Below, one piece after another: positions 29,723-39,468 of a stretch of DNA of 64,000 nucleotides. Origin of the DNA: Candidatus Cloacimonadales bacterium. Lineage in GTDB: Bacteria; Cloacimonadota; Cloacimonadia; Cloacimonadales; DAONDQ01. Under the pieces are notes generated by a model. It saw only the letters and a program-made list of their open reading frames with translations. It was not told the origin of the DNA and did no database searches. The position numbers were made by a program, and so were the translations under genes. Position 1 is the first letter of the stretch. Every line of letters starts with the position of its first letter. The stretch covers positions 2,624,001-2,688,000 of the forward strand of contig OY759316.1 of assembly GCA_963662275.1 (NCBI GenBank), in the 5' to 3' direction.

Positions 29723-30353
29723 TGAATTAGATTTTAAAACGCAATTTCAAAGAAAATCCAAGTTCAGGGAACCCGTCCTTTTCCTTATCGCATGCGAAGG
29801 AATCAAAGATGAGCCAACATATATCAATGAGTTTGTGAAGTTCTATCACATTGATCAAGCCAGTGTTAAAATCGCTGAAAGAAAGCCAGGAGATAGAAGT
29901 TCGGATCCTTTGAGCATCATTGAGATTTTGAGCGATAATTTAAAGGATATCAAATCGATCAATATCAAAAGATCAATACATCCCTGGATATTAATTGATA
30001 GAGATGATCGATTAAAAGAGACTCTTGAATCAGCTAAGAGATGCTGTGATGAACTTGGTTATAATATTGCATTCAGTTGCCCGTGCATAGAGCTTTGGTT
30101 TTTACTCCACTATAAAGATATCAATAAGTTGGATTCAAATCTGAGAACTAAATTATTGAATTCCCAAGCATTAAAGAAATACTTAATTAAGAACCATTTG
30201 GATTTGCAGACTAACTTAAGCTCGATGTTCCTTAATACTAATGATGCAATTCAAAGAGCAAAAGAAATAGATTATATCACAGTCGATTTCCCAGCAACAC
30301 ATTGTACAAAAGTTTACCGACTTATTGAGAAACTGTTGGAGTTGATCGATTGA
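29691..30353 (+). CDS. RloB family protein
   Basis: LIACEG..DEPTY, IDRD, FSCPCIELWFLLHY; ATG after GGAGG overlapping the ATPase end. Confidence 0.88.
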   Translation: MVQLPFSEIVDELDFKTQFQRKSKFREPVLFLIACEGIKDEPTYINEFVKFYHIDQASVKIAERKPGDRSSDPLSIIEILSDNLKDIKSINIKRSIHPWILIDRDDRLKETLESAKRCCDELGYNIAFSCPCIELWFLLHYKDINKLDSNLRTKLLNSQALKKYLIKNHLDLQTNLSSMFLNTNDAIQRAKEIDYITVDFPATHCTKVYRLIEKLLELID

Positions 30354-30478
30354 TAAATAAAGCTAAGTTTGGGAGGTGCTTCACGAAAATCATCGAAAAT
30401 TGTTGCAACGAATTATGTTGCATAGAGATAAGAAATAAAAAAGTATGAAAAGAAAACATAAGAATAAATGGAGTTTAC

Positions 30479-32578
30479 ATGACAAATGACTATTTGAAAA
30501 TAATATCTGATGCTCCCTTAAAAAGTTTGAATGAGATTAGAAATGACAATCGGATGCTAGATTATAAATTATACGTCGAGAATATCTTTGAGCACATTAG
30601 AACTTATCAAGATAAAAGTAGTATCACCATAGGTATTGAAGGTACATGGGGATCGGGGAAAAGTACTATTCAAAATTTTTTAATAGAGAGAATCAAAACT
30701 TATATTACTGAAGAAGGTAATAAAGATGCATACAAAATTATTGAGTTTAATCCATGGTATTTTACAGATTGCTCAAATTTAATCAGTCAATTTTTCCAAC
30801 ATATGTCTAACACGCTCCAAAAAGAGAAGAAATTACTTGGTAAGGTTAGCAAAGGGCTAGAAGACTTATCCAGAGTGTTGAATCCAGCATCAACTATTCT
30901 TATGGCAACTCTACCTCATATAGGACTAATTGTTAAAGGTGCTGCAAAATACACACAACAAATGGCAGAGCAATTAAAACCCAAACAAAATGATATTTTT
31001 GAAATAAAAAATAAGTTAGAAGCACTTCTTTCAGATAAAATGCTAAAAACAAAAATAATTGTATTCATCGATGACTTGGACAGGATGCCTCAAAAAGATA
31101 TAAGGGCTATTCTTCAAATGATAAAATCTGTAGGTAACTTATCAAATATTATTTACATCATTTCGTATGATAGACAAATCGTCTCTTCAGCAGTTAAAGA
31201 AGAAAATGTAGATAGAAATGAATATTTGGAAAAGATAATACAAGCTGTTGTTCGGGTTCCTGTCCCATATTATGAAGATATTTATAATTCAATTCATGAT
31301 CATTTTCCTTCACATGATGCATATGATGAACATATGGATTGCCGGTTAAAAGGAGTAATTGATTATCTTGCAAGAAGAGGGATAACATATAGGCAGATTA
31401 AACAAATAATGAACAGGTTTTCATATCGAAGAAGATTTGATTTTAATTGCCTAAGTCATTATGATCTTTTTTTATTATCAATTCTTGAGGCATTGTATCC
31501 TAAAGTTTATGCGTTAATTTTACAAATAAAACCAATTAATTTTCATATCTCAAACACAGATGAATTTAATAGTTTCAGCAAACGCAAGCAAATTTTCAAG
31601 GATTCAGTTAATGAATTACCAGAAATGAAAAATGGAATTTATTCCGTTGACAGTAACCAGAGAGCTCCAATAGACAACTACACACTGGTATCTTTACTTA
31701 TTAAATCGTTACTCAATATAGATATCTATTCAAAAGAAGTTAATCCATATCAGGATAAGTTTAATTTTCAAACTATTGAAGAAAAAGCTCACAAATTTAG
31801 AATGTTAGATCATAATTACTTTGAATATTATTTTTCATTTAGTGATTTTCAAGATTGTACTTTTTCTACATATAAAGAAGTCCTTAAGGGTATTCGGAGC
31901 AATGATTTTGGAGCTTTAGAACCAGTAAATTCAAAATTTCTAATTGCTTTTTTGTTTCTATGTATATCCACTTTTGCAATCGATGATTTTGATGCCTATA
32001 TTCAAATAATAGACTATATGACAAATCTCAATTACATAGATAATGAAAATAAGTATTACTATATTCTAACAAGATTCATTGAGATGTGCTTAAACAGCGA
32101 GAAAACAAAACAAATGCTTTTATCAGTTTATATAGAGAAATCCCATAAAATTGATTATATGATGATAATAGATGATTGGTTAAAAATGCATGTTAATGAT
32201 GACCAAAAAATAGTAGATAAATTCCGAGTTGTTTTAAAAGAGAATATCGTATTACAAAAAGATTGTTTACAAGTAAGTCCAAGTTACAAACAAATATTAT
32301 GGATTGTTTTAGAAAATTATGAAGAAAAAGAAATGAAAAATCTTATAACTGAGCAAGTTGCAACAAACGAGGGATTGCTGGACTTATTATGGGGAGTTAG
32401 TGATAAGGAGGCAAATGGTGTCATTGCAGAAATAAGTAAAGAGAAAATAGAAAAACTTCAGGATCCACAGATTATCTTAACTAGATTGGAAAACATAATA
32501 AAAACTGATCTATTTGCCAGTCTGTCCACGGATAAAAAAACTGCAATTAATGATTTAATACACTATATTGAAACTTGA
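30479..32578 (+). CDS. KAP-family P-loop NTPase
   Basis: IGIEGTWGSGKST, FNPW, VFIDDLDR, EYLEKIIQ; very AT-rich. Confidence 0.9.
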   Translation: MTNDYLKIISDAPLKSLNEIRNDNRMLDYKLYVENIFEHIRTYQDKSSITIGIEGTWGSGKSTIQNFLIERIKTYITEEGNKDAYKIIEFNPWYFTDCSNLISQFFQHMSNTLQKEKKLLGKVSKGLEDLSRVLNPASTILMATLPHIGLIVKGAAKYTQQMAEQLKPKQNDIFEIKNKLEALLSDKMLKTKIIVFIDDLDRMPQKDIRAILQMIKSVGNLSNIIYIISYDRQIVSSAVKEENVDRNEYLEKIIQAVVRVPVPYYEDIYNSIHDHFPSHDAYDEHMDCRLKGVIDYLARRGITYRQIKQIMNRFSYRRRFDFNCLSHYDLFLLSILEALYPKVYALILQIKPINFHISNTDEFNSFSKRKQIFKDSVNELPEMKNGIYSVDSNQRAPIDNYTLVSLLIKSLLNIDIYSKEVNPYQDKFNFQTIEEKAHKFRMLDHNYFEYYFSFSDFQDCTFSTYKEVLKGIRSNDFGALEPVNSKFLIAFLFLCISTFAIDDFDAYIQIIDYMTNLNYIDNENKYYYILTRFIEMCLNSEKTKQMLLSVYIEKSHKIDYMMIIDDWLKMHVNDDQKIVDKFRVVLKENIVLQKDCLQVSPSYKQILWIVLENYEEKEMKNLITEQVATNEGLLDLLWGVSDKEANGVIAEISKEKIEKLQDPQIILTRLENIIKTDLFASLSTDKKTAINDLIHYIET

Positions 32579-32792
32579 GAAAGAAATACTAGTTTGTGAC
32601 CTCAAGAGCTATATAGTAAATAAAGCACAAACGAAGTAGGAAGCTAGCTAATTGAAAATTGGCAGGAAGTATATTTGCAATCCTTTTTCCTTGTATCGTG
32701 ACTTTCGTGGTTACTATTCTTCTTCAGCTTCTCGTTGCAAAGAATGCAACGTATCCGCCGATAAGAAATCAGCGTTCCAAATCACTCTTCTG

Positions 32793-34040
32793 CTACAAGC
32801 TATCAGCTTCTTCCTTCCACTCCAAAGCGATCTCCTTTCCTTTCTTTTCATTCACAAACTGGAGAAGGACTCCACCCACAAAGAAGAAAGCAATAAGTGA
32901 TAATATTGACCAGCGCTGGGAACCGGTACGTAGGGCAATTTCACCATAGACAAGGGGACCGAAGATAGAGGAAAGTCTTCCGGTTACAGCATAGAAACCA
33001 AAGAATTCAGCCTGTTTATCTATTGGTGTGAGGAGAGCCAGTAATGTCCGGCTGTTAGCCTGGCTGGAGCCGATTGCGAGTCCGGCTGTCATACCCACAA
33101 AGTAGTATTCCAGTTTCGTCGAACAAAAGAAAGCCCAAATGACCACACCTGTCCAGATGAACAGGCTCAGTGTCAGGGCACGCTTGGCACCGATTCTATC
33201 CGTCAGCAGACCAAAAAGATAAGAACCGAGTATTGACGTAACCTGAGCCAGGATAAAATACTTGATGATTTCCTGCTGATTCATGCCAAATTGATTCACA
33301 CCGTAGATCGCAGCAAAGACGATCACAGTAATGATACCATCATTGTAAATCAAGTAGGCAACCAGGAATTTGCCTAGTTCCCTGAATTGAAAAAGATGAG
33401 TTATTGTAAATTTAATTCTCTGGTACGCAACCCTATAATAATTCGTCCTTTTAGAGGGTCGTTTAAACTCTTTCAGCCACATTAAGGTGAAGATGGCAAA
33501 CGATCCAAAGAAAAGAGCGACCGCCGGGAAAACATAGCGTATGTTCCATTTAACAATAAAAAGGGAAATGACCAGGGATAACAAACCACCTACATAGCCT
33601 AAAGCCCAGCCCATACCGGATACTTTTCCCATATTTTCATGGGAAGATATCTCGGGTAGAAAAGCATCATAGAAGACATTGGCACTATTGAACCCGAAAT
33701 TGGCAATGATAAAGAACAGCATACCGATGAATACATCTCCCCGCTGCACGAAATAAAGCAAAGCCGTGAATATCACAGCCAGGTAGCAATTCAGGAAGAG
33801 AAATCGTTTCTTTGCCCTGGAGAAATCAGCAACTGCACCAAAGATCGGGGCAGAGATTGCCACCAAAGCCATGGATATACTGATTGCTCTTCCCCATAGC
33901 GCTGTCCCCAGCTCCTGGTTATTAGGGACGACAACTTTCATAAAATAGGCACTGTAAATAACGGTTACAATGATTGTGGTAAAAGAGGAATTGGCAAAAT
34001 CATACATCATCCAGCCGACGAGATTGCGATTTAATTTCAC
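32793..34040 (-). CDS. MFS transporter (UMF1/ATG22-like)
   Basis: W.MYDFANS.F, FY.AFLP, SG.GW.LGY.GG, EFFGFY; about 12 TMs. Confidence 0.9.
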   Translation of the reverse strand: MKLNRNLVGWMMYDFANSSFTTIIVTVIYSAYFMKVVVPNNQELGTALWGRAISISMALVAISAPIFGAVADFSRAKKRFLFLNCYLAVIFTALLYFVQRGDVFIGMLFFIIANFGFNSANVFYDAFLPEISSHENMGKVSGMGWALGYVGGLLSLVISLFIVKWNIRYVFPAVALFFGSFAIFTLMWLKEFKRPSKRTNYYRVAYQRIKFTITHLFQFRELGKFLVAYLIYNDGIITVIVFAAIYGVNQFGMNQQEIIKYFILAQVTSILGSYLFGLLTDRIGAKRALTLSLFIWTGVVIWAFFCSTKLEYYFVGMTAGLAIGSSQANSRTLLALLTPIDKQAEFFGFYAVTGRLSSIFGPLVYGEIALRTGSQRWSILSLIAFFFVGGVLLQFVNEKKGKEIALEWKEEADSL

Positions 34041-35266
34041 AGAGAAACTCCGGGTTCAGCAGGAACGGCGTCATACTCTACACAGACAGCAAGATCGGCG
34101 TCTTGCTCTACTACTTCAGCAGGAACGGCGTCATACTCTACACAGACAGCAAGATCGGCGTCTTGCTCTACTACTTCAGCAGGAACGGCGTCCTGCTCTA
34201 CAGGGACATCCATGTGAATAACTGGCAGCTTATAATCCTTGTATAAATCCAGGTTAGGTGTAGCAATAAACACCTGGTTCTTCGTTGACATCATGGAGAT
34301 GATCTGTTTTGTACGGATTGCATCCAAATCGGATAGTACATCATCAAAAATCAGGATGGGGTTTTCGTTTTCATGATTTTGGACAAGTTGAGCCTGGGTA
34401 AGTCTCATACATATCGCCAATGAGCGTTGTTGTCCCTGAGAGCCGTAATCACGAGCCTGGTGACCATTAATAAGAAAAAGAATATCATCCAAGTGTGGAC
34501 CGATCAATGATCTTTGGTAGGCAATTTCCTTCTGTCCACGCTGTTTCACATAAGCCAGGAAGTCTTCATGCACGGTGTCCGAATATTCATCAATTTCGGC
34601 AGCACAATACACGACATCGGTTGTCTCTTTGGCAGTACTGATTTTTGCGTAGTTCTCTTTGAACAAAGGTGTAAAAATAGACAGATAACGTTTTCGAGCT
34701 TCAACAACCATGACCCCGGCTTCCATGAATTTCTCATCCCATACTTTCTTGATTTGGGAATCAAAAGGAGTTTTCAGCATGGCATTCCGCTGTTGAAGGA
34801 TATGCAGGTAATTCCTGAGGATTTCAATATAGGAATAATCATATTGGGCAATTGCCTGGTCAAAGAAATGTCTCCGTAACCTCGGAGAACCGGATATGAC
34901 CATGATATCACCTGGTGAAAAGTAGATGATCTTCAAATAACGATACAGTTCGCTGAGTTTCTTTAAAGGTTCTTTATCCAAGAGGATGTTTTTCTTCCCC
35001 CCAGAGAAATTAACGCTGATTTGAAGAGGATTTTCACGGTATTGGAAGAATCCAGCCAAATGAAAAGCACTTTGGTTAAAACGCATGACTTCAGCATCGG
35101 GAGCAGATCGAATCGACTTCCCGTAAGCAGAATAGGCGATAGCTTCCAGTAAATTGGTTTTGCCAATACCGTTTTTCCCTGTAATTAATGCACCTTCCGG
35201 TGCGAAAGTCATATCGCAGTCTGCAAAGTTACGAAAGTTCTGCAGATGAATGCGATTTATATACAA
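34037..35266 (-). CDS. recF: DNA replication/repair protein RecF with repeat-derived C-tail
   Basis: LQNFRN, GKNGIGKTNLLEAI, GSPRLRR, GPHLDD, GSQGQQR, FDDVLSDLD; directly after dnaN. Confidence 0.95.
   Translation of the reverse strand: MYINRIHLQNFRNFADCDMTFAPEGALITGKNGIGKTNLLEAIAYSAYGKSIRSAPDAEVMRFNQSAFHLAGFFQYRENPLQISVNFSGGKKNILLDKEPLKKLSELYRYLKIIYFSPGDIMVISGSPRLRRHFFDQAIAQYDYSYIEILRNYLHILQQRNAMLKTPFDSQIKKVWDEKFMEAGVMVVEARKRYLSIFTPLFKENYAKISTAKETTDVVYCAAEIDEYSDTVHEDFLAYVKQRGQKEIAYQRSLIGPHLDDILFLINGHQARDYGSQGQQRSLAICMRLTQAQLVQNHENENPILIFDDVLSDLDAIRTKQIISMMSTKNQVFIATPNLDLYKDYKLPVIHMDVPVEQDAVPAEVVEQDADLAVCVEYDAVPAEVVEQDADLAVCVEYDAVPAEPGVSL
34055..34201 (-). repeat. Array of five 30-bp REP-like units (60-bp period) inside recF
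   Basis: Alternating GTAGAGCAGGACGCCGTTCCTGCT-type and GTAGAGCAAGACGCCGATCTTGCT-type hairpins. Confidence 0.9.
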
Positions 35267-36385
35267 TTACGGCAACCGAAGAGGCATAATCAAAAAACGG
35301 GCATGTGTATTTTCAGGATCAGTTTCATTGAAGAATTGAACCGGATCCTTTGACTTGGCAAAAACGATCTTTACTTTTTCAGTATCGATTGCATCCAGGA
35401 CAGAATTGAGATATTTATAGTTGAAAGCAATGCTGATATCTTCTCCTGAAAATTCATAATCTGCAAGCTGTTCCTTCGCTTCTCCCCGTTCCCGATTCAA
35501 AGTGGAAATATCCGTATTCGCTGCAGAAATATCGAACCTGACACGCAAGCTATCTTCAGGAGCCATTAAACCGACACGACGAACAGCCGTTTTTAAAAGG
35601 TCACGATTAAATAACAAAGTGGTATTGATTTCCTTCGGGAATACCTGCTTGTAATCAGGATATTTTCCTTCAATAACATGGGTGAATATCGTATAATTCT
35701 TATAATTGAACATCACTCTTGATTCTTCCAGGACTATTTTCAGTATTGGTTCATCATCACGGATAATGCGCATCAGGAAAACAAGACCTTTCACAGGCAG
35801 GATTTGTTCAATGGGCTGCATAACAGATGTAGGCTGATCGATTGTATATTCTGCGATCTTCTTGCCATCGGTAGATACCATGACTTGTGAATCAGGGCTG
35901 ATCTTCCAATAGATACCTGTGAAAATTGGTCGATTCGTATCTGGAGAAACTGCAAAAATAGTTTTGTTGATCATCTTCCCTAAATCTTGAGCATTGAGCT
36001 GAATCGCTTTTTCCAAGTCTTTTTCCGGGATTAGCGGATATTGACCTGCATCTGCGCATAACAAGGTATAGTCATTTTTCAGGCAGCGTATTAACAGGTT
36101 ATCTTCATCTTTCACAATATTGATGATGGCATCGGGTAGAAAATGGACAATTTCATTAAATGGATGTGCAAGAACTGCTGTTTTGCCACCTTCGAGCACT
36201 GTAGCTGGAAAACTGACAACAACGGTGATCTCCAAATCTGTAGCAGTAAAACTGATTGTATTTGTTGTTTGATCAGCTTCTATCAGGTAGTTCATTAAAA
36301 TAGGCATAGTGCTTTTACCGGGAACGATACTCGACAGATTCTGAATCTGGTCCATCAAATCCTTACGTTCAATTGAAAACTTCAT
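35267..36385 (-). CDS. dnaN: DNA polymerase III beta sliding clamp
   Basis: TATDLE, STDG, IEGKYPDY, IAFNYKYL, C-terminal LIMPLR. Confidence 0.95.
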   Translation of the reverse strand: MKFSIERKDLMDQIQNLSSIVPGKSTMPILMNYLIEADQTTNTISFTATDLEITVVVSFPATVLEGGKTAVLAHPFNEIVHFLPDAIINIVKDEDNLLIRCLKNDYTLLCADAGQYPLIPEKDLEKAIQLNAQDLGKMINKTIFAVSPDTNRPIFTGIYWKISPDSQVMVSTDGKKIAEYTIDQPTSVMQPIEQILPVKGLVFLMRIIRDDEPILKIVLEESRVMFNYKNYTIFTHVIEGKYPDYKQVFPKEINTTLLFNRDLLKTAVRRVGLMAPEDSLRVRFDISAANTDISTLNRERGEAKEQLADYEFSGEDISIAFNYKYLNSVLDAIDTEKVKIVFAKSKDPVQFFNETDPENTHARFLIMPLRLP

Positions 36386-36476
36386 GATCACCTCTATATT
36401 TTATCATTATTGGATATTATGCTTCGATATTTTTTAAAGTTTGTTTGAAGTCAACGAAATTTTTAAACTAAAGTAC

Positions 36477-36512
36477 AAAAAGAAAAGCAAGGGGTTTGCC
36501 CTTGCTTCTCTT
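36477..36512 (-). terminator. Terminator after HU
   Basis: AAGCAAGGG/CCCTTGCTT stem with T-rich tail on the minus strand. Confidence 0.75.
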
Positions 36513-36524
36513 ATTGATGAAAGC

Positions 36525-36797
36525 TTATTTCACAGCTTCTCTGAGTTTTTTTCCGGGTTTGAAAACAGGAACTTTTCTTGCTTTGATCTGAATTTTCTTT
36601 CCTGTTTGAGGATTTACACCAGTACGAGCTTTACGTGCACTCACACCAAATGTTCCAAACCCAACCAAAGAAACCTTTTCACCTTTTTGCAGTGATGCCA
36701 TAACGCCAGAAAGAATAGCGTTCAATGCAATTCCTGCAGCCTTTTTCGAAATCGTTGCTTCACCAGCCATTTTGGTAATTAAATCTTCTCTGCTCAT
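36525..36797 (-). CDS. hup: DNA-binding protein HU
   Basis: GFGTF, RKARTGVNPQTG, FKPGKKLREAV; AAGGAGG RBS. Confidence 0.95.
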   Translation of the reverse strand: MSREDLITKMAGEATISKKAAGIALNAILSGVMASLQKGEKVSLVGFGTFGVSARKARTGVNPQTGKKIQIKARKVPVFKPGKKLREAVK

Positions 36798-37191
36798 GTT
36801 TCCTCCTTGCTGTTTTGATGGACATTAAATACATTTTATAGATGCTGATAAACAAAATATCTTGTCAATAAAAATTTTAAATATTTCTTTTTTTTTAGCG
36901 ATAATTCTAATTCTATTCGGATGCGAAGGAATGTGTAAATCGGTATCTTCTTATTTAACAATATAATACAGCGCTAGATGCGGATTATCTTTTTTTTGCA
37001 CTTTTCGTAGATATTTATCAACATCAATCAATCTGAATTTGTCTTATACTCGACTTTTAGACCAAATAATGAATGTAATAAATTTGGAATTTAGCGAATT
37101 TCTTTACTAAATTGTTTATAATTATATAAATTTATTTCAAATTTCATTGACTGTTTCTGTTTAATTATTTCACTGATTATAGGGTGGAAAT

Positions 37192-38109
37192 ATGAAAAAA
37201 ATCTATGCTGCTTTTGATTTAGGCGGTTCGTTCCTGAAATATGGTATGGGAAGCGCTGAATCATTAATTCAATATGATTCTCGACTTGCTGTTGAATCTT
37301 CACAGATCAATTACCTTTATTCTCTTTTTACAAAAGCTTTTCATGATCTAAAAGACCATTTGCAAAACGATGAAATCCTAGCAGGTGCTTGTATCGGTAG
37401 TCCCGGAATGGTGAACTCAAAAACCGGTAGAATCGAGGGTATTAATCCGAACTTGCCTGAATGGACGGGAGCAAACCCGGTTTCAGCACTAGAGCCATTA
37501 TGGCAGGTGCCTATCCTCATTGATAATGATGCAAACTTGATGACTTATGGTGAAGGTTCTGCTTATGCGAAAGAGGATTCAATTCTCGGAATCACAATCG
37601 GAACCGGCATTGGGAGCGGATATGTAAATCAACATGGTATTTTTCACGGTTCCACATACGCAGCCTTGGAAGTAGGTCATACTATTGTCATTCAAGATGG
37701 ACGATTATGTAATTGCGGAAAAAATGGCTGCGTCGAAGCGTATAGCTCCGCTAATTCCATCGTAAGAATTGTATCTGATTTGATACCGTCACTTCGTGGA
37801 GCAAACATCAAAGAAATCCTGGATACAGCTTTGATTGATGATACAGTAAAAACACATGTCGAATTTCTTTTATCCCTATTAGCCATTGCAATCGCCAATG
37901 CTGTTACTATTTTAAATCCCAATATAGTAGTTATTGGTGGTGGTGTGGTTGATATTAATTCCTTTCCATTTTCTTATGTAGAAAAAAAGATTCTTGGATA
38001 TCTTATGGTCGATCATCGAAGTAATCTTCTCATAAATGAGGCTAAATATGGGAATAAGGCTGCTATTTTGGGAGGCATCATCTTGTCTGAGAAATATAAC
38101 TCCTTTTAA
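37192..38109 (+). CDS. ROK family sugar kinase
   Basis: DLGG, DNDAN, TIGTGIGSG, EVGH, CNCGKNGCVE. Confidence 0.92.
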   Translation: MKKIYAAFDLGGSFLKYGMGSAESLIQYDSRLAVESSQINYLYSLFTKAFHDLKDHLQNDEILAGACIGSPGMVNSKTGRIEGINPNLPEWTGANPVSALEPLWQVPILIDNDANLMTYGEGSAYAKEDSILGITIGTGIGSGYVNQHGIFHGSTYAALEVGHTIVIQDGRLCNCGKNGCVEAYSSANSIVRIVSDLIPSLRGANIKEILDTALIDDTVKTHVEFLLSLLAIAIANAVTILNPNIVVIGGGVVDINSFPFSYVEKKILGYLMVDHRSNLLINEAKYGNKAAILGGIILSEKYNSF

Positions 38110-38122
38110 AAGAAATATAATG

Positions 38123-38151
38123 TTGACAAATTTATAAAGTTTAGTTAAATT
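38123..38151 (+). promoter_or_regulatory. Putative sigma70 promoter
   Basis: TTGACA-17 nt-TAAATT upstream of 38223. Confidence 0.45.
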
Positions 38152-38222
38152 GTTTAGTGATTGATGAGAGTTTAGGAATAGCTTTTGCATGTTCTAAATT
38201 ATGTTCTGTTGAGGAGGATATA

Positions 38223-38591
38223 ATGAAAAAAATGCTTTTGATTTCACTGTTGGTGATAGCGTTATCATCCATGTTTATTATATTAAACGCATACGATACT
38301 GGTAATACTGATACTAATTGTAATTTTTCCATGTATCCAAATCCCATGGAAACAGTAGGGACAGTATGTGCATATTTTACTGAGAGAATGCCTATTTCAA
38401 TCAGTTTGCTCGATAACAATGATGAGATTGTCAAGACGATATACAGTGGAAGCTCTATCAGAGGTCAAATGCTGATTCCATTTGATCGTATCGATAGCAA
38501 AGGGAATACTCTCCCTAATGGAAAATACTGGGTATCGTTAAGTACAAATGCCAAATATACTTCTACGAAAAAGCTTCTGATTCTGAAGTAA
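38223..38591 (+). CDS. Small secreted protein made of a FlgD-Ig/T9SS-type CTD only
   Basis: GAGGAGG RBS, signal peptide, MYPNP...D..GNTLPNGKY...KKLLILK. Confidence 0.75.
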   Translation: MKKMLLISLLVIALSSMFIILNAYDTGNTDTNCNFSMYPNPMETVGTVCAYFTERMPISISLLDNNDEIVKTIYSGSSIRGQMLIPFDRIDSKGNTLPNGKYWVSLSTNAKYTSTKKLLILK

Positions 38592-38635
38592 CTAAAAAAG
38601 CCACATCTAGGAAATTTTGAATAAACCACAATTCT

Positions 38636-39466
38636 GTGGTTTATTCTGTTTATGGGAGAATTGTCATTATTAACGCAATATCTTCACTATTAGCCAACTG
38701 GGAAATACAAATCCGACAATCTCTGAGCGAGGTTGTTGATTTTTATCTATTTGTTTTAGAGACCTTCAAACAAATCATTAATTTTTTTCAACAAAAGCAA
38801 ATCGGCTTTATTGTTGTTTTTCGCCAAATCATGTTCACAGGTTATGAAGCTCTTGGTCTTATCAGTTTTATTGCACTCTCCATCGGGGGATTGATCATCC
38901 TTGAAGGAAATTATATCTTAGGAAATTTTGGTGGTAATAAACTAATATACGTCCTTCTTGTCACTGTCGTTGTCAGGGAATTAAGCAGTATTTTAACGGC
39001 GTTGATCGTAATCGCCAGATCAGGTACAGCCATTGCTACTGAACTCGGGAATATGGTTGTCAATCATGAAATTGATGCCTTGTTGGCAATTGGAATATCA
39101 CCTATTTCCTATCTTGTCGTATCCCGCCTCATTGGAGTCGTGATAGCAACGTTTACACTAACTATCTATTTCAATTTATCTGCCATCATCGGTGGTTGGT
39201 TATTTTCAACCATTTTCTATCCTGTAAACTTTATGGACTTCTTTGGTGAGTTCATTGGATACCTTCAACCTGCTGATTTAGTCATCTGTGTTATTAAATC
39301 CATCGTTTTTGGACTCGCTATTGCCTTGAATTCCAGTTACCAAGGTTTACGAGTTCACAATGCCACAACGGAAGTTCCCCAGAGAACCATCCAGGCAGTT
39401 GTAAAATCAATTGTAGCAGTTATCTTTTTTGATATTTTAATAACAGCCTTGCTATATCTGATTTAA
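38636..39466 (+). CDS. mlaE: MlaE-family ABC permease
   Basis: VRELSSILTALIVIARSGTAIATELGNM...EIDAL..G.SP..YLV; start uncertain. Confidence 0.88.
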   Translation: MVYSVYGRIVIINAISSLLANWEIQIRQSLSEVVDFYLFVLETFKQIINFFQQKQIGFIVVFRQIMFTGYEALGLISFIALSIGGLIILEGNYILGNFGGNKLIYVLLVTVVVRELSSILTALIVIARSGTAIATELGNMVVNHEIDALLAIGISPISYLVVSRLIGVVIATFTLTIYFNLSAIIGGWLFSTIFYPVNFMDFFGEFIGYLQPADLVICVIKSIVFGLAIALNSSYQGLRVHNATTEVPQRTIQAVVKSIVAVIFFDILITALLYLI

Positions 39467-39468
39467 TT

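Noticed and set aside
32652..32949. Two plus-strand ORFs after the KAP gene
   Set aside because: TTG starts, overlap the MFS gene antisense, no motifs.
34055..34201. Possible CRISPR array or separate ORF 33970-34221 (+)
   Set aside because: Intervening units are themselves repeated; the plus-strand ORF is the antisense reading of the array.
36800..37190. oriC near dnaN
   Set aside because: AT-rich, but only one near-match DnaA box (TTATCAACA near 37015) and no dnaA.
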